64,000 bases of DNA, taken from NCBI RefSeq assembly GCF_031769215.1, contig NW_026781956.1:310001-374000 (forward strand), written 5' to 3'. Below the pieces are notes generated by a model. It did not search any database. It saw only the letters and a program-made list of their open reading frames with translations, and had not been told where the DNA came from. A program made the translations under genes and the position numbers. This stretch comes from Ylistrum balloti (taxonomy: Eukaryota). Positions 63,682 through 64,000 of this stretch are shown piece by piece; within the stretch, counting starts at the first letter, position 1; every line of letters starts with the position of its first letter.

Positions 63682-64000
63682 CAGTCTAACCTGTCATAAC
63701 GGCCATCTGAGTTTGACGGCCACCTGCTTATAACGGCCGTTTTCAGACCCTCCCAATCGTTTTTGCTCATTAATAATACCTAATTTAACGGCCACCTGTC
63801 TTACGCGGCCAGCGGCCACCCTTTTCGTCCCCAAACTCGCGATCGAACCTCGTTTAAACGGTCGTTTTGACCACAAGTCATTTGACAAGCTGCGAGTCAC
63901 GTTTTCTCGCCACGTGAACATTCCTACAAAGAAAACAGCTGATGGCATGTAAACACAATTCACCATGCATTTTATATTGAGTTTGATTTCATTTACGTCA
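63682..64000 (+). mobile_element. Left end of a pogo/Tigger-type MITE, truncated by window edge
   Basis: TA followed by CAGTCTAACCTGTCATAACGGCC, with several subterminal ACGGCCACC-like repeats; partner TIR not in window. Confidence 0.5.

Overview
AT-rich eukaryotic (animal, most likely mollusc/bivalve-type) genomic DNA, not prokaryotic. The left part (about 130-22285, minus strand) holds a 12-exon stretch of an LRRC74-like gene. It encodes an acidic N-terminus with DDYDTDLE, then RI-type LRRs, then two degenerate EF-hand-like motifs. I assembled the exons by hand; every junction is GT-AG and phase-compatible (1564 coding nt in the window). The gene runs off the left edge and its first exon is unresolved. 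About 25 mutually unrelated minisatellite arrays (20-70 bp units) cover roughly half the window by my hand tally, and they explain all the long ORFs in the track. Decayed mobile elements include three LINE RT remnants, a Penelope-like RT fragment, an internally deleted mariner, a Helentron/DINE-1-like element nested in a LINE, two tRNA-like cassettes inside TGTAA...TTACA boundaries, and a pogo-type MITE end. The most interesting pattern is that several arrays visibly grew in place from adjacent functional sequence: three exon ends with their splice donors (two giving in-frame alternative donors) and a LINE RT coding motif. No CRISPR and no clearly novel protein system is supported. Array boundaries are approximate.
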